The notes: generated by a model not told the origin, from the sequence alone. Shown: positions 1 through 9,595, numbered from the stretch's first letter. The stretch is DNA of 59,472 bases from Actinomycetota bacterium (GCA_025963875.1 JAOPZY010000023.1:1-59472); one strand, 5' to 3'. A program made the numbers and translations.

Positions 1-554
1 AGCACCGCGGCGGGAACACCTTCCACCGCCTTGGTGGCGGCATCTGCCTTCAGTCCCAGGTCGGTGACGTACCCCTGCGCCGAGGCGATGTCCTTGCCCC
101 GGGCCTTTGCGGCGTCCACGCTCGCCTCCAGCAGACCGGCCAGGTGCTTCAGCGTGCCCGCGGCTGCCTGCACCCGGCCCGCCGCCCGGACCAGCTCGAC
201 CCTGGGGATCAGCAGGGCGTCGACGTAGTAGTCGGTCACGACCTTCCTGCAGTCGGTGCGGACCTTTGCCAAGGTGCCATCGGCGTCGATCGTGGCCTTG
301 AGGGCGGTCAGCCCCGTGACCGCGGTGTCGATCTGCGAGTCGAGGGTCGCCCGGTTCGGGCTGGCGACCGCCGGAGCGGCGTCCAGGTTCTTCTTCACGG
401 TCCCCAGGCTCGTGAGGCGCTTCGCGACCGCCGCGTCGCAGGTCTTCTTTGCGGCGTCGACGGCGCCCGTCTGCGCCCCCGCCGTGCCCGCCAGCGCGAG
501 GACCGCCCCAGCGGCGACCACAAGCGCAACCACGGCCGCCCGCAACCTCCTCAC
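1..554 (-). CDS. Secreted helical hypothetical protein (3' end runs off the window)
   Basis: My translation from GTG 554 gives VRRLRAAVVALVVAAGAVLALAGTAGAQ..., a signal peptide with an AxA site, open to position 1. GTGA overlap with the stop of the upstream lipoprotein gene. Confidence 0.7.
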   Translation of the reverse strand, partial: MRRLRAAVVALVVAAGAVLALAGTAGAQTGAVDAAKKTCDAAVAKRLTSLGTVKKNLDAAPAVASPNRATLDSQIDTAVTGLTALKATIDADGTLAKVRTDCRKVVTDYYVDALLIPRVELVRAAGRVQAAAGTLKHLAGLLEASVDAAKARGKDIASAQGYVTDLGLKADAATKAVEGVPAAV

Positions 555-811
555 GGGCTGACGTCCCCTTCGGTCTGCGGGTTGGCGTTGAGGCCGGCGT
601 CCACCTGCGCAAGGGACTGCTCGAGATCCGCGATGTCCTGCTGGGCCTGCGCAAGGTCCTGCTGCTCGGCGATCGAGCCCGACGTCGCGGGGGCCGTTGC
701 CGGCGTGGTGCCCGAGCTCGTCGGACTGGCACTCTTGCTGCACCCGGCGAGCAGCCAGATGCCCACCATCGCCGGGATCAGCGCCACCTTCTGCCACCTC
801 GTCGGGCTCAC
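551..811 (-). CDS. Small lipoprotein
   Basis: GTG 811 after GGAG. Lipobox LLAGC, Ser/Thr/Pro linker, short coiled coil. It is the C-terminal part of track ORF 551..1576. Confidence 0.7.
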   Translation of the reverse strand: MSPTRWQKVALIPAMVGIWLLAGCSKSASPTSSGTTPATAPATSGSIAEQQDLAQAQQDIADLEQSLAQVDAGLNANPQTEGDVSP

Positions 812-837
812 GCCGCGGGATCCTACTCCCGACGAGC

Positions 838-2556
838 CTATGCGGGCACCCACTCCTCGGGCTCCGCCACGATCGTGGGTCCCTCCTCCTCGTGCACGTA
901 CTTCCGGCCCCGCGCCCAGGAGGCCGCCGCCGCGACGAGCGAGAGAACCACCGACGCCGAGAACACGATCCGCAGGCCGTGGATGAACGGTCCCGAGATG
1001 AGCTGCGGGAAGAAGGTCTTGCCCGTGACGTAGCTGGCCCTGGCGGCCGGGAGGGCGCTGAGGGCCGGACCCAGCAGCGTCTTCATCGGGTTGTAGCCGA
1101 GGAAGGCGGCGAAGAGGCTCCCCACCGGCGGCAGGTTCGCCACCTTCGTGGCGACCGTGGCGGGCACCCCCTGGGCGAGGAGGCCGGCGCTCATGGTGTG
1201 GGGCAGCGCGGAGGCCAGCCCGGCGATCATCAGCGAGAAGAACAGGCCGATGGACAGCAGCATGCCGCTGTTCATGAAGGTCGCCCGCATGCCGGAGGCG
1301 GAACCGCGCAGCCGGGCGGGGACGGCGTTCATGATGCCCGTGGTGTTGGGGGCGGCGAACAGCCCGGAGCCGATGCCGTTGAAGAACAGGAGGGCCCCGA
1401 AGGCCGGGTAGGAGAAGTTGGCCGGGAGGGTCAGCAGCAGCCCGAAGCTGGCGGCCGCGATCAGCATCCCCCCGGTGGCGAACGGCCGGGCGCCGTAATG
1501 GTCGGAGAGCCATCCCGAGACGGGGCCGGCCAGCAGGAAGCCGGCGGTGATCGGCAGCATGTAGATGCCCGCCCACAGCGGTGTGCGCTCGAAGCTGTAG
1601 CCGTGCAGCGGCAGCCAGATCCCCTGCAACCAGATGACGACCATGAACTGCAGCCCCCCCCGCCCGATCGAGGCGAGCAGCGAGGCGACGTTGCCCATCG
1701 TGAAGGGACGGATCCCGAAGAGGCTCAGCTCGAACATGGGATCACGGACATGGCGCTCCACCCACACGAACACCCCCAGCAGCGCCATGCCGCCGATCAA
1801 CATCGTGAGCACCATGGGGCTGGTCCAACCCATGGTGTGGTTGCCGTAGGGCTGGATGCCGTAGGTGATGCCGATGAGCACCGCCACCAGGCCGGCCCCG
1901 AAGGTGACGTTGCCCCACCAGTCGATCCGGGCCGGGGAGCGCAGGCCCATCTCACGGAGCTTCGCGTAGGCCCAGACAGTCCCGAAGATGCCGACCGGCA
2001 CGTTGACCCAGAACACGAGCCGCCAGTTGATGTCGGCCAGGAGGCCACCGACGACCAGACCGATGAACGAGCCCATGATGCCGGCGATCATGTTCACCCC
2101 CATCGCCATGCCCCGCTCCTTGACGCCGAAGGCATCGGTGAGGATGGCCGTGGAGTTCGCCATGAGCATCGCCCCGCCGACGCCCTGGACCACCCGGCCC
2201 AGGATGAGCCACATCGCCCCGCCGCCTCCCGTCCAGGGTGTGAGCGACAGGGCGGCCGACGCCACGGTGAAGATGAGGAACCCCAGGTTGTACATGCGGA
2301 CCCTGCCGAAGATGTCGCCGATGCGGCCCAGCGTCACCACAAGGACCGCCGTCACGACGAGGTAGCCCATGAGCATCCACAGGAGGTAGCCGATGTTGCT
2401 CGGAAGGAGGGGATTGAGCTTGATGCCCCGGAAGATCGCCGGCAGCGAGATGATCACGATGGAGGAGTCGAGAGCCGCCATGAAGATCCCGAGCGTGGTG
2501 TTGGAGAGTGCCACCCACTTGTAGCGGTCCCTGCCGGCCTGGCGCTTCCGATCCAT
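838..2556 (-). CDS. DHA2-type (14-TMS) MFS efflux transporter
   Basis: ATG 2556 after GGAGG. Motif A GRIGDIFGRVR, LDSSIVIISLPAI, GRVVQGVGGA, many TM helices. Confidence 0.93.
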   Translation of the reverse strand: MDRKRQAGRDRYKWVALSNTTLGIFMAALDSSIVIISLPAIFRGIKLNPLLPSNIGYLLWMLMGYLVVTAVLVVTLGRIGDIFGRVRMYNLGFLIFTVASAALSLTPWTGGGGAMWLILGRVVQGVGGAMLMANSTAILTDAFGVKERGMAMGVNMIAGIMGSFIGLVVGGLLADINWRLVFWVNVPVGIFGTVWAYAKLREMGLRSPARIDWWGNVTFGAGLVAVLIGITYGIQPYGNHTMGWTSPMVLTMLIGGMALLGVFVWVERHVRDPMFELSLFGIRPFTMGNVASLLASIGRGGLQFMVVIWLQGIWLPLHGYSFERTPLWAGIYMLPITAGFLLAGPVSGWLSDHYGARPFATGGMLIAAASFGLLLTLPANFSYPAFGALLFFNGIGSGLFAAPNTTGIMNAVPARLRGSASGMRATFMNSGMLLSIGLFFSLMIAGLASALPHTMSAGLLAQGVPATVATKVANLPPVGSLFAAFLGYNPMKTLLGPALSALPAARASYVTGKTFFPQLISGPFIHGLRIVFSASVVLSLVAAAASWARGRKYVHEEEGPTIVAEPEEWVPA

Positions 2557-2569
2557 GACACCTCCGAAG

Positions 2570-2585
2570 GTTGCTTGGTAACAAC
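2570..2585. promoter_or_regulatory. Putative MarR operator between the divergent MFS and marR genes
   Basis: Imperfect palindrome GTTGCTTGGTAACAAC in a 49-bp AT-richer gap. TAGACT -10 lies 6 nt before the marR ATG. Confidence 0.45.
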
Positions 2586-2605
2586 AACTATCGTAGACTA
2601 GCAGC

Positions 2606-3097
2606 ATGCCAACAGCGACGCCAACGGCGGGGATGGACATCGACGCCGCCCCCGAGCTCATCGAGATCGAACGGGGACTGACCACCATCGTGCGGTGGGG
2701 CAACCTCCCCCGTGTCCGTGAGCGGTTCGCGGCGGTGGCCGGGATGGCGCTGGACCGGGCCAGCTACAGCGTCCTCTTCCGCCTCGAGGAGGGCCCGGCG
2801 CGCCTCTCCGACCTGGCGCACAAAGTGGGCGTCGACATCTCCACCCTCAGCCGGCAGGTCCACAACCTCGAAGCCAGCGGACTGGTGGGCCGAAGGGTTG
2901 TGGAGGAGGACCGGCGGGCGGCACTGCTTGCGGTGACCGACAAGGGCCTGGATCTCATATGGCGCATCCGGGCCGCCAAGCGCGCTGCCCTCACCGAGAT
3001 GCTGGAGGGTTGGACGACGGAGGAGCGCACCGAGCTCGGCCGGGTACTCGGCCACCTCGCCGACGAGATGGTGGCCTTCGGCTGCCAGGAGCGCTGA
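2606..3097 (+). CDS. MarR family transcriptional regulator
   Basis: wHTH LSDLAHKVGVDISTLSRQVHNLEASGLV, DRR wing motif. Confidence 0.92.
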   Translation: MPTATPTAGMDIDAAPELIEIERGLTTIVRWGNLPRVRERFAAVAGMALDRASYSVLFRLEEGPARLSDLAHKVGVDISTLSRQVHNLEASGLVGRRVVEEDRRAALLAVTDKGLDLIWRIRAAKRAALTEMLEGWTTEERTELGRVLGHLADEMVAFGCQER

Positions 3098-3103
3098 GCC
3101 CCC

Positions 3104-4138
3104 ATGATCGCAAGCCGCATCGACGAGGCCCTCCCGTCTCTGGAGGCGGACGGCGGCGCGCGTCCGGCCATCGAGGCCCGGGACCTCCGGAAGCGCTTCG
3201 GTGACTTCGAAGCGGTGCGCGGCGTGACCTTCGATGTCATGCCCGGCGAGACCTTCGGATTCCTCGGGCCGAACGGTGCCGGCAAGTCGACGACGATCTC
3301 GATGTTGTGCACGCTGCTGAAGCCGTCCGGCGGCACCGCCCTCGTGGCCGGGCACGACGTCGTCGCCGCCCGGGCAGAGGTCCGGCGGCGCATCGGCCTC
3401 GTGTTCCAGGACACCACCCTCGACGACTACCTGACCGCCGCAGAGAACCTCAGCTTCCATGCGGAGCTCTACGGCGTTCCGAAACACCTCGCCAGGCAGC
3501 GGCTGCAGCAGGTGCTCGAGATGGTGGGCCTCTGGGACCGCCGCGACAGCATCACCCGCACCTTCTCGGGTGGGATGAAGCGGCGTCTGGAGATCGCCCG
3601 GGGGCTGCTGCACTCCCCCAGGGTCCTCTTCCTCGACGAGCCCACCGTGGGCCTCGACCCGCAGACCCGCCTGCACATCTGGACCTACATCAACGAGCTG
3701 AAGCGGCGGGAGCAGATCACGATGTTCCTCACCACGCACTACATGGAGGAGGCCGAGTACTGCGACCGCCTCGCCATCATGGACAACGGGGTGATCGTCG
3801 TCACCGGCACGCCGGAGGAGCTGAAGGCCGGCATCGGCAAGGACCGCGTCGAGCTGCGCACCGACGACGACGAGCTTGCCCGGCGGCGCCTCAAGGAGGT
3901 CTTCGGCATCGAGGCGGCCGGGGGCGACGGCGTCGTCTTCCAGGTGGAACACGGCGAGGAGTTCATCCCGCGCCTGTTCGCATCGCTTGGCGTCGGCATC
4001 CGGTCGGTGAGCGTCGCCCGCCCCACGCTCGACGACGTCTTCATGGAGCACACCGGCCGCACCATCCGTGACGCCGAGTCGTCAGGGTCGGGCATCCGCA
4101 ACAACCCGTTCGTCCGGGCGCAGGCGGGCCGGAGGTAG
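3104..4138 (+). CDS. ABC-2 (DrrA-like) exporter ATP-binding protein
   Basis: Walker A GPNGAGKST, signature FSGGM, Walker B LFLDEP, TTH switch, C-terminal PTLDDVF. Confidence 0.95.
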   Translation: MIASRIDEALPSLEADGGARPAIEARDLRKRFGDFEAVRGVTFDVMPGETFGFLGPNGAGKSTTISMLCTLLKPSGGTALVAGHDVVAARAEVRRRIGLVFQDTTLDDYLTAAENLSFHAELYGVPKHLARQRLQQVLEMVGLWDRRDSITRTFSGGMKRRLEIARGLLHSPRVLFLDEPTVGLDPQTRLHIWTYINELKRREQITMFLTTHYMEEAEYCDRLAIMDNGVIVVTGTPEELKAGIGKDRVELRTDDDELARRRLKEVFGIEAAGGDGVVFQVEHGEEFIPRLFASLGVGIRSVSVARPTLDDVFMEHTGRTIRDAESSGSGIRNNPFVRAQAGRR

Positions 4139-4140
4139 CG

Positions 4141-5007
4141 GTGGCCACCGGCACGGCGACGCTCGACGTCGTCCCCGTCACCGAGGCCCGGGCGTCGTGG
4201 GGTGACGCCCTGCGGGCAGTCCGGGTCGTCTGGAAGCGCGAGCTCATCCGGTGGTCCCGGAACCGAACCCGGATCCTGACCACGCTCGTCCAGCCGGTGC
4301 TGTTCCTCTTCGTGCTCGGCAGCGGGCTGGCCTCGCTGCTGCCCCGCCAGGGGGGCGGCCTCGACTTCCGCACCTTCATGTTCCCGGGGGTCCTGGCGAT
4401 GGTGGTGCTGTTCACATCGATCTTCTCGGCGGTGTCCATCGTCTGGGACCGGGAATTCGGGTTCATGCGGGAGATGATGGTTGCTCCCGTGCCGCGCTCG
4501 GCCCTGGTGATCGGCAAGTGCCTGGGGGGCGCCACCGTGGCGACGATCCAGGGAACGATCCTCCTGTCGCTCGCCGGGCTCGTCCACGTGCCGTACAACC
4601 CGCTGCTGATCGTGACCCTGCTGGCCGAGATGGCCCTGACCGCGTTCACCCTGACGTCGTTCGGCGTGTTTGCCGCCAGCCGCATGCAGCAGGTGGAGTC
4701 GTTCCAGGTGGTGATGCAGCTCTTCGTGTTCCCGATGTTCTTCCTGTCGGGGGCGGTGTTCCCGCTGACGGACCTGCCCCGCTGGCTGGACGTCCTCACG
4801 AAGATCGATCCGCTGACCTACGCCGTCGACGCCATCCGCCGGGCGATCCTGTCCCACGTGGCCCTCGGCCCGGGCAGCTCGAACCTCGCGCATCCCCTCA
4901 CGTGGGGCCACTGGGCGCTGCCCACCGGCTTCGAGCTTGGGATCGTCGCCGTCGTCGGCCTGGCCCTCATCGGGGGCGCCATCGCCCAGTTCTCACGGGC
5001 CGAGTAG
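4141..5007 (+). CDS. ABC-2 (DrrB-like) permease
   Basis: DREFGF motif, FFLSGAVFP, NP/DPLTYAVDAIR; follows the ATPase. Confidence 0.93.
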   Translation: MATGTATLDVVPVTEARASWGDALRAVRVVWKRELIRWSRNRTRILTTLVQPVLFLFVLGSGLASLLPRQGGGLDFRTFMFPGVLAMVVLFTSIFSAVSIVWDREFGFMREMMVAPVPRSALVIGKCLGGATVATIQGTILLSLAGLVHVPYNPLLIVTLLAEMALTAFTLTSFGVFAASRMQQVESFQVVMQLFVFPMFFLSGAVFPLTDLPRWLDVLTKIDPLTYAVDAIRRAILSHVALGPGSSNLAHPLTWGHWALPTGFELGIVAVVGLALIGGAIAQFSRAE

Positions 5008-5037
5008 CGGGAGTTGCCTCTCAGATAGCCTAAGGGC

Positions 5038-5676
5038 ATGCGGCCCGACTGGGTGACCATCTCCTCGCTGGCCACTGCGGGCGGCACGCTCGTGCTGGCG
5101 ATCGCCACGTTCTCAGCGGTGCGCTCCGCGAACCGGGCGGCCCGCACCGCGGAACGGAACCTTCAGGTCGGTCTTCGACCCGTGCTCTTCCAGTCGCGCC
5201 GGGATGACCCAACGCAGAAGATCAGGTGGGCCGACAACCATTGGGCCCACGTCGACGGCGGGCAAGCCAGCGTCGAAAGCGTCGACGGCGTCGTGTACCT
5301 GGCGATGTCGCTGCGCAATGTGGGCTCCGGCATCGCCGTGATCCAGGCGTGGCGGGGGGGACCAGAAGAACTCAGCAGCCGGATGACGCGTCCCACCCTG
5401 GATGACTTCTCTGCGCAGACACGTGACCTGTACGTTCCGGCCGGCGATTCGAGCTTCTGGCAGGCGGCCATCCGGGAGCCCGACGATCCGCACCGGGTGA
5501 GCGTGCTGGAGGGCATCGAGGCGGGGTCGTTGATGATCGACGTGCTGTACAGCGATCACGAGGGAGGGCAGCGGACCATCAGCCGCTTCTCCAACATTCG
5601 ATCGAGCTCCGAAGAGTCCACCTGGCTGTGTTCGGTGGTTCGGCACTGGTATCTCGACCGCCGGGATCCTCGCTGA
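5038..5676 (+). CDS. Hypothetical membrane-anchored protein
   Basis: N-terminal TM helix (SLATAGGTLVLAIATF), normal GC3 codon bias; no family recognised. Confidence 0.7.
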   Translation: MRPDWVTISSLATAGGTLVLAIATFSAVRSANRAARTAERNLQVGLRPVLFQSRRDDPTQKIRWADNHWAHVDGGQASVESVDGVVYLAMSLRNVGSGIAVIQAWRGGPEELSSRMTRPTLDDFSAQTRDLYVPAGDSSFWQAAIREPDDPHRVSVLEGIEAGSLMIDVLYSDHEGGQRTISRFSNIRSSSEESTWLCSVVRHWYLDRRDPR

Positions 5677-5768
5677 CCGCCACATTACGGCTGGGCACAG
5701 TGTCGCCCAAGCAACGGTCCAGATTGACCCGCGAGCTTAGGGTCCACCACATCTCTGAAGGAGTTCGC

Positions 5769-6629
5769 ATGAGCCACCGCAAGCTGCTCGCCGGCGTTGC
5801 CATGGTCGCCGCCCTCGGCGCCGGGGCGACGGTCGGCCTCTTCCTCGGCGTTCCCGGCCTGTCGGGCGCCCAGACCCCGACGCCGTCCTCCAGCGCCTCC
5901 CCGTCGCCGGGTGGGGGCCACCGAGGCCCGGGCTTTGGCGTTGGCCTGAAGGGCGGCGCCTCGTTGCAGGTCATTGCCAAGGACCTCAACATGACCGCAG
6001 CGGAACTGAAGACGTCGCTGAAGGGCGGCCAGAGCATCGCGGCGCTCGCCACGTCGAAGAACGTCGATCCCCAGAAGATCATCAGCGACCTGGTGGCCGA
6101 CGCCACGACCCGCATCGACGCCGCCGTCTCGTCCGGCAAGATCACCGCCGCCCAGGCCACGAAGATGAAGGCCAACCTGACGGCGGGCATCACCGCCTTC
6201 GTGAACGGAACGCGGATGCCGAAGGTGCCGGGCGTGACCGGTACGGCCGTGCCGAGGCTCGGCGCCAAGCCGTCCCTCGACATCGTCGCCAAGGACCTCA
6301 ACATGACCCCGGCAGAGCTGAAGACGGCGCTGCGGGGCGGCCAGAGCATCGCGGCGCTCGCCAAGTCGAAGAACGTCGATCCCCAGAAGATCATCAACGA
6401 CCTGGTGGCCGACGCCACGACCCGCATCGACGCCGCCGTCTCGTCCGGCAAGATCACCGCCGCCCAGGCCGCGAAGATGAAGGCCAACCTGACGACGGGC
6501 ATCACCGCCTTCGTGAACGGAATGCCCCCGGGGAAGGGACACGGCTTCCGGGGTCCCTTCGGTGGGCCGCGACACCCTGGTGGTGGCGAGGTCCCGCCCA
6601 CGAGCACGGCAACACCCGCCAGCGTCTGA
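5769..6629 (+). CDS. Secreted protein with two tandem helical domains
   Basis: ATG 5769 after AAGGAG, signal peptide, two copies of IAKDLNMT.AELKT.L.GGQSIAALA.SKNVD...FVNG. Confidence 0.85.
   Translation: MSHRKLLAGVAMVAALGAGATVGLFLGVPGLSGAQTPTPSSSASPSPGGGHRGPGFGVGLKGGASLQVIAKDLNMTAAELKTSLKGGQSIAALATSKNVDPQKIISDLVADATTRIDAAVSSGKITAAQATKMKANLTAGITAFVNGTRMPKVPGVTGTAVPRLGAKPSLDIVAKDLNMTPAELKTALRGGQSIAALAKSKNVDPQKIINDLVADATTRIDAAVSSGKITAAQAAKMKANLTTGITAFVNGMPPGKGHGFRGPFGGPRHPGGGEVPPTSTATPASV
5976..6522 (+). repeat. Intragenic direct duplication, about 235-nt unit with 312-nt period
   Basis: 5976-6210 and 6288-6522 are nearly identical at nucleotide level. Confidence 0.95.
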
Positions 6630-6749
6630 TCCGGGTCCGTTCGGGGCCCGACTTCCGGGCGTAGCCAACGCCGCGGCACAGGCAATCCACAGTTGCCGGT
6701 GCGATCCTGATCCCACAGGAACAACACCCAGCAGGAGGAATGACTCACG

Positions 6750-7133
6750 ATGGACGGACGCTTCATGGGACCGGGATGGCACGGCGGGTTCACGCTCTTC
6801 GGCAGTCTCTTCGGGATCATGCTCTTCGCAGTCTTCATCGGGCTGCTGGTGTGGGCACTGATGCGACTCCTGAGTCACGACCACCGCCTGCCGCACGCGT
6901 CGGTGCACGGCCCCTGGCAACCCCGGGACGACGCCCTCAGCGCCGCCCGCATGCGCTACGCCCGCGGCGAGCTGGACCGTGAGGAGTACTTCCGCGTCGT
7001 CGAGGACCTCACCGGCGTTCCACGGCCGGTCGAACCGCCCGCGCCAAGCGCCCCGTCCGGGACGGTTCCGCCCTACCCCGCCCCGCCCGCCCCGCCGGCC
7101 GCAGCCGAGCCGGGTACGCCACCCGAGGCATAG
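6750..7133 (+). CDS. SHOCT-domain membrane protein
   Basis: Gly-rich N-terminus, TM helix, ALSAARMRYARGELDREEY; RBS AGGAGG. Confidence 0.85.
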   Translation: MDGRFMGPGWHGGFTLFGSLFGIMLFAVFIGLLVWALMRLLSHDHRLPHASVHGPWQPRDDALSAARMRYARGELDREEYFRVVEDLTGVPRPVEPPAPSAPSGTVPPYPAPPAPPAAAEPGTPPEA

Positions 7134-7148
7134 GAGAACCGTTCGGCG

Positions 7149-8438
7149 ATGGGACCCACCGACCCCTACGGACAGCCCCCTGCTGTCGATCCTCCCGCCG
7201 GCACGCCCGCCGGCGAGGACGGGGCGCCGCCCCCCTTCCCGCCACCCCCGACGCCCTACGGGCCCCCGGCCGGTCCTCCCTACGGGGGTTACGGCCCCGG
7301 CCAGACCCCCTACTGGACGCCGCCGGAGGACCCGAAGCTTCCGAAGAAGTTCTCCCAGCGGCTGCTGCCGTGGTCAAAGGGTCTGCTGGCTGCGGCGGCG
7401 CTGATCGTGGCCGTGTTCGTTGTGGCCAACGCCCTCGGGGCGTTCAAGCACACCAACGGGGTGACGATCCCCACCGGTACCGACGCATCGCTGCGCACCG
7501 CCGCCACGACCCCGCCCAAGGGCACGGCGCCCTCGCTCGACGTGCGGTCGGTGCTGCGCTCGGTTGAGCCCGGCGTCGTCATGATCAGCACCTCGGCCTC
7601 GGGCACCTTCGGGGGCACCACCCAGGGGGAGGGCAGCGGCATGATCCTGGACACCCAGGGCAATGTCCTCACGAACGCCCACGTCGTCAACGGATCGACC
7701 ACCGTCAGCGTGCAGGTCTTCGGCCAGTCGACGGTCTACCAGGCCAAGGTGCTCGGCACCGACGCCGCCGACGACGTCGCCGTCATCCAGATCCAGAACC
7801 CCGGCACCCTGACCCCGGTCAAGATCGGCAAGTCCTCCGGCCTCCAGGTGGGCGACCCCGTGGTCGCCATCGGCAATGCGCTGGGACTGTCCCCCGGCGG
7901 CCCGTCGGTGACAACGGGGATCATCTCGGCGCTCAACCGCTCGCTCCAGACCAGCGGCGAGCGCCTGACGAGCCTGATCCAGACCGACGCCGCGATCAAC
8001 CCGGGCAACTCCGGCGGCCCGCTCGCCGACGCCAGCGGCCAGGTGATCGGCATGAACACGGCGGTCTCCAACAACGGGCAGGGCGTCGCCTTCGCCATCC
8101 CGATCGACCGCGTCGTCCCGTTGGTCGACTCTCTGAAGAAGGGATCCGTGACCACAACCGGGAGGGGCTTCCTCGGCGTGGCCATCACGGCGGCCCAGAA
8201 CGGCGGCGCCCAGATCACCGCCGTCACCCCGAACTCACCGGCAGCATCGGCGGGCCTCAAGCCCGGCGACGTCATCGTTGCCATCGACAACCAGCCGGTG
8301 GCGACCAACGCCGACGCCGCCGACACCATCGGCTCGCTGAGCCCCGGCACCAAGGTGACGATCAAGTACCAGCGAGGAAGCTCGACCAACACCGTGACCG
8401 TGACGCTGGCAACCACCCCCGCCAGCGCCACCGGCTAG
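7149..8438 (+). CDS. HtrA/DegP-family serine protease (TM, trypsin-like domain, PDZ)
   Basis: GSG, TNAHVV, DVAVI, TDAAINPGNSGG, C-terminal PDZ (GFLGV...SPAASAGLKPGDVI). Confidence 0.95.
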   Translation: MGPTDPYGQPPAVDPPAGTPAGEDGAPPPFPPPPTPYGPPAGPPYGGYGPGQTPYWTPPEDPKLPKKFSQRLLPWSKGLLAAAALIVAVFVVANALGAFKHTNGVTIPTGTDASLRTAATTPPKGTAPSLDVRSVLRSVEPGVVMISTSASGTFGGTTQGEGSGMILDTQGNVLTNAHVVNGSTTVSVQVFGQSTVYQAKVLGTDAADDVAVIQIQNPGTLTPVKIGKSSGLQVGDPVVAIGNALGLSPGGPSVTTGIISALNRSLQTSGERLTSLIQTDAAINPGNSGGPLADASGQVIGMNTAVSNNGQGVAFAIPIDRVVPLVDSLKKGSVTTTGRGFLGVAITAAQNGGAQITAVTPNSPAASAGLKPGDVIVAIDNQPVATNADAADTIGSLSPGTKVTIKYQRGSSTNTVTVTLATTPASATG

Positions 8439-8570
8439 GACCCCCGGGGACCGCTGGCCCGCCGCCCACGTGGCCATCGAGAACTGGAAGGATCGCCGGC
8501 GCATGGCGCCGCCCCGCCGGCGTCGGCGATCCTCCCCCGGGGCCTTGGACGAACCTGGCTGCTGTTGACA

Positions 8571-8623
8571 AGCTTCTTTGGGTGCTGAGCGATGAATATC
8601 ATCGTTATTCACTCAAAGAAGCT
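8571..8623. repeat. AT-rich palindromic REP-like element
   Basis: AGCTTCTTTGGGTG...CGATGA-ATA-TCATCG...CACTCAAAGAAGCT; outer stem, internal loop, inner stem. Confidence 0.8.
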
Positions 8624-8633
8624 GGTAGACAGG

Positions 8634-9533
8634 TTAGCTGAGCACCCGCCTCCGGAAGCCGACGATGCCCAGGCGCAGGAAGAGCGCCGCGAACCCAATG
8701 AGAACGGGATAGATCACGTAGAGGTGCATGTGCGGCGCCGTCGTGAGTGCCGCCCGGAACCCCTCGGTGATGTAGATCAACGGGTTGAGCGTCACGAGGG
8801 CCTGCAGCCAGGGGAACCCGCCGACCTGCACCGGGTGCAGCGTCGTCCAGGCGTAGTAGGTGCCCCCGAGGAACGTGATGGGCAGGATGATGAGCGCGAA
8901 GAGGGCGGGGACCTGCCGGGGGTCGAACCTCGTGCCAAAGGTGAGTCCGAGCGAGGCGGTGGTCACGCAGGCCAGCGGGATCATCGTGATCAGGATCAGC
9001 CAGTGGATCGTCAGGTGCGGCACGACGCCGGAGGCGTGCACGAAGGCCGCGATCGGGAACACGACGCAGGCAGCGAAGAGGCCCTGCAAGGCCCCGGCAA
9101 CGACCTTGCCGATGGCCACGAGGCTCACCGGCAGCGGTGCGAGCACCCGGTCCTCGATCTCTTTCGTATAACCGAACTCCTGCACCATCGGAAGAGCCAC
9201 CGACTGGATCCCCTGGAACAGGATCGAGAGTCCCACGACGCCCGCGACGAGGATCGTGGCGAAGGCCGACTCCCCACCTGCCCGGCCCCCGCCGACGCCC
9301 TGGCCGATCTTCGGAAACACGTAGAGGAAGACGAACACGAGCAGGAACGGCTGGATGATTGTGCGTGGGATGAACTCACGGAGGTTCTTCTTCAGCACGG
9401 CGAGGTCGCGGGACAGCAGGGCCGCGAAGGCGCTGCGGCTCGCCCGGGCGGCGGAGCGGCCGATCTGCGAGCCCAACGAACTCGCGGGTTGGGACTCGGT
9501 AGGCGCAGCGGGCGGAGCGGTAACGGTGGCCAT
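8634..9533 (-). CDS. ABC-2 permease
   Basis: EIEDRVLAP, TFLGGTYY, NPLIYITEGFR, multiple TM helices. Confidence 0.9.
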   Translation of the reverse strand: MATVTAPPAAPTESQPASSLGSQIGRSAARASRSAFAALLSRDLAVLKKNLREFIPRTIIQPFLLVFVFLYVFPKIGQGVGGGRAGGESAFATILVAGVVGLSILFQGIQSVALPMVQEFGYTKEIEDRVLAPLPVSLVAIGKVVAGALQGLFAACVVFPIAAFVHASGVVPHLTIHWLILITMIPLACVTTASLGLTFGTRFDPRQVPALFALIILPITFLGGTYYAWTTLHPVQVGGFPWLQALVTLNPLIYITEGFRAALTTAPHMHLYVIYPVLIGFAALFLRLGIVGFRRRVLS

Positions 9534-9595
9534 CAGTCGCCCAGCTCCTTTCCGGTGAGATGGAAGAAGACGTTCTCAGAGAACTGCGTGCGCAT
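9533..9595 (-). pseudogene. Remnant of an ABC ATPase gene (in-frame internal deletion)
   Basis: Reads MRTQFSENVFFHLTGKELGD* with RBS AGGAGAAAGGAAG and TGATG coupling to the permease. The tail matches the ABC-2 ATPase C-terminus (LE.VF..LTG.ELRD). Confidence 0.75.
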
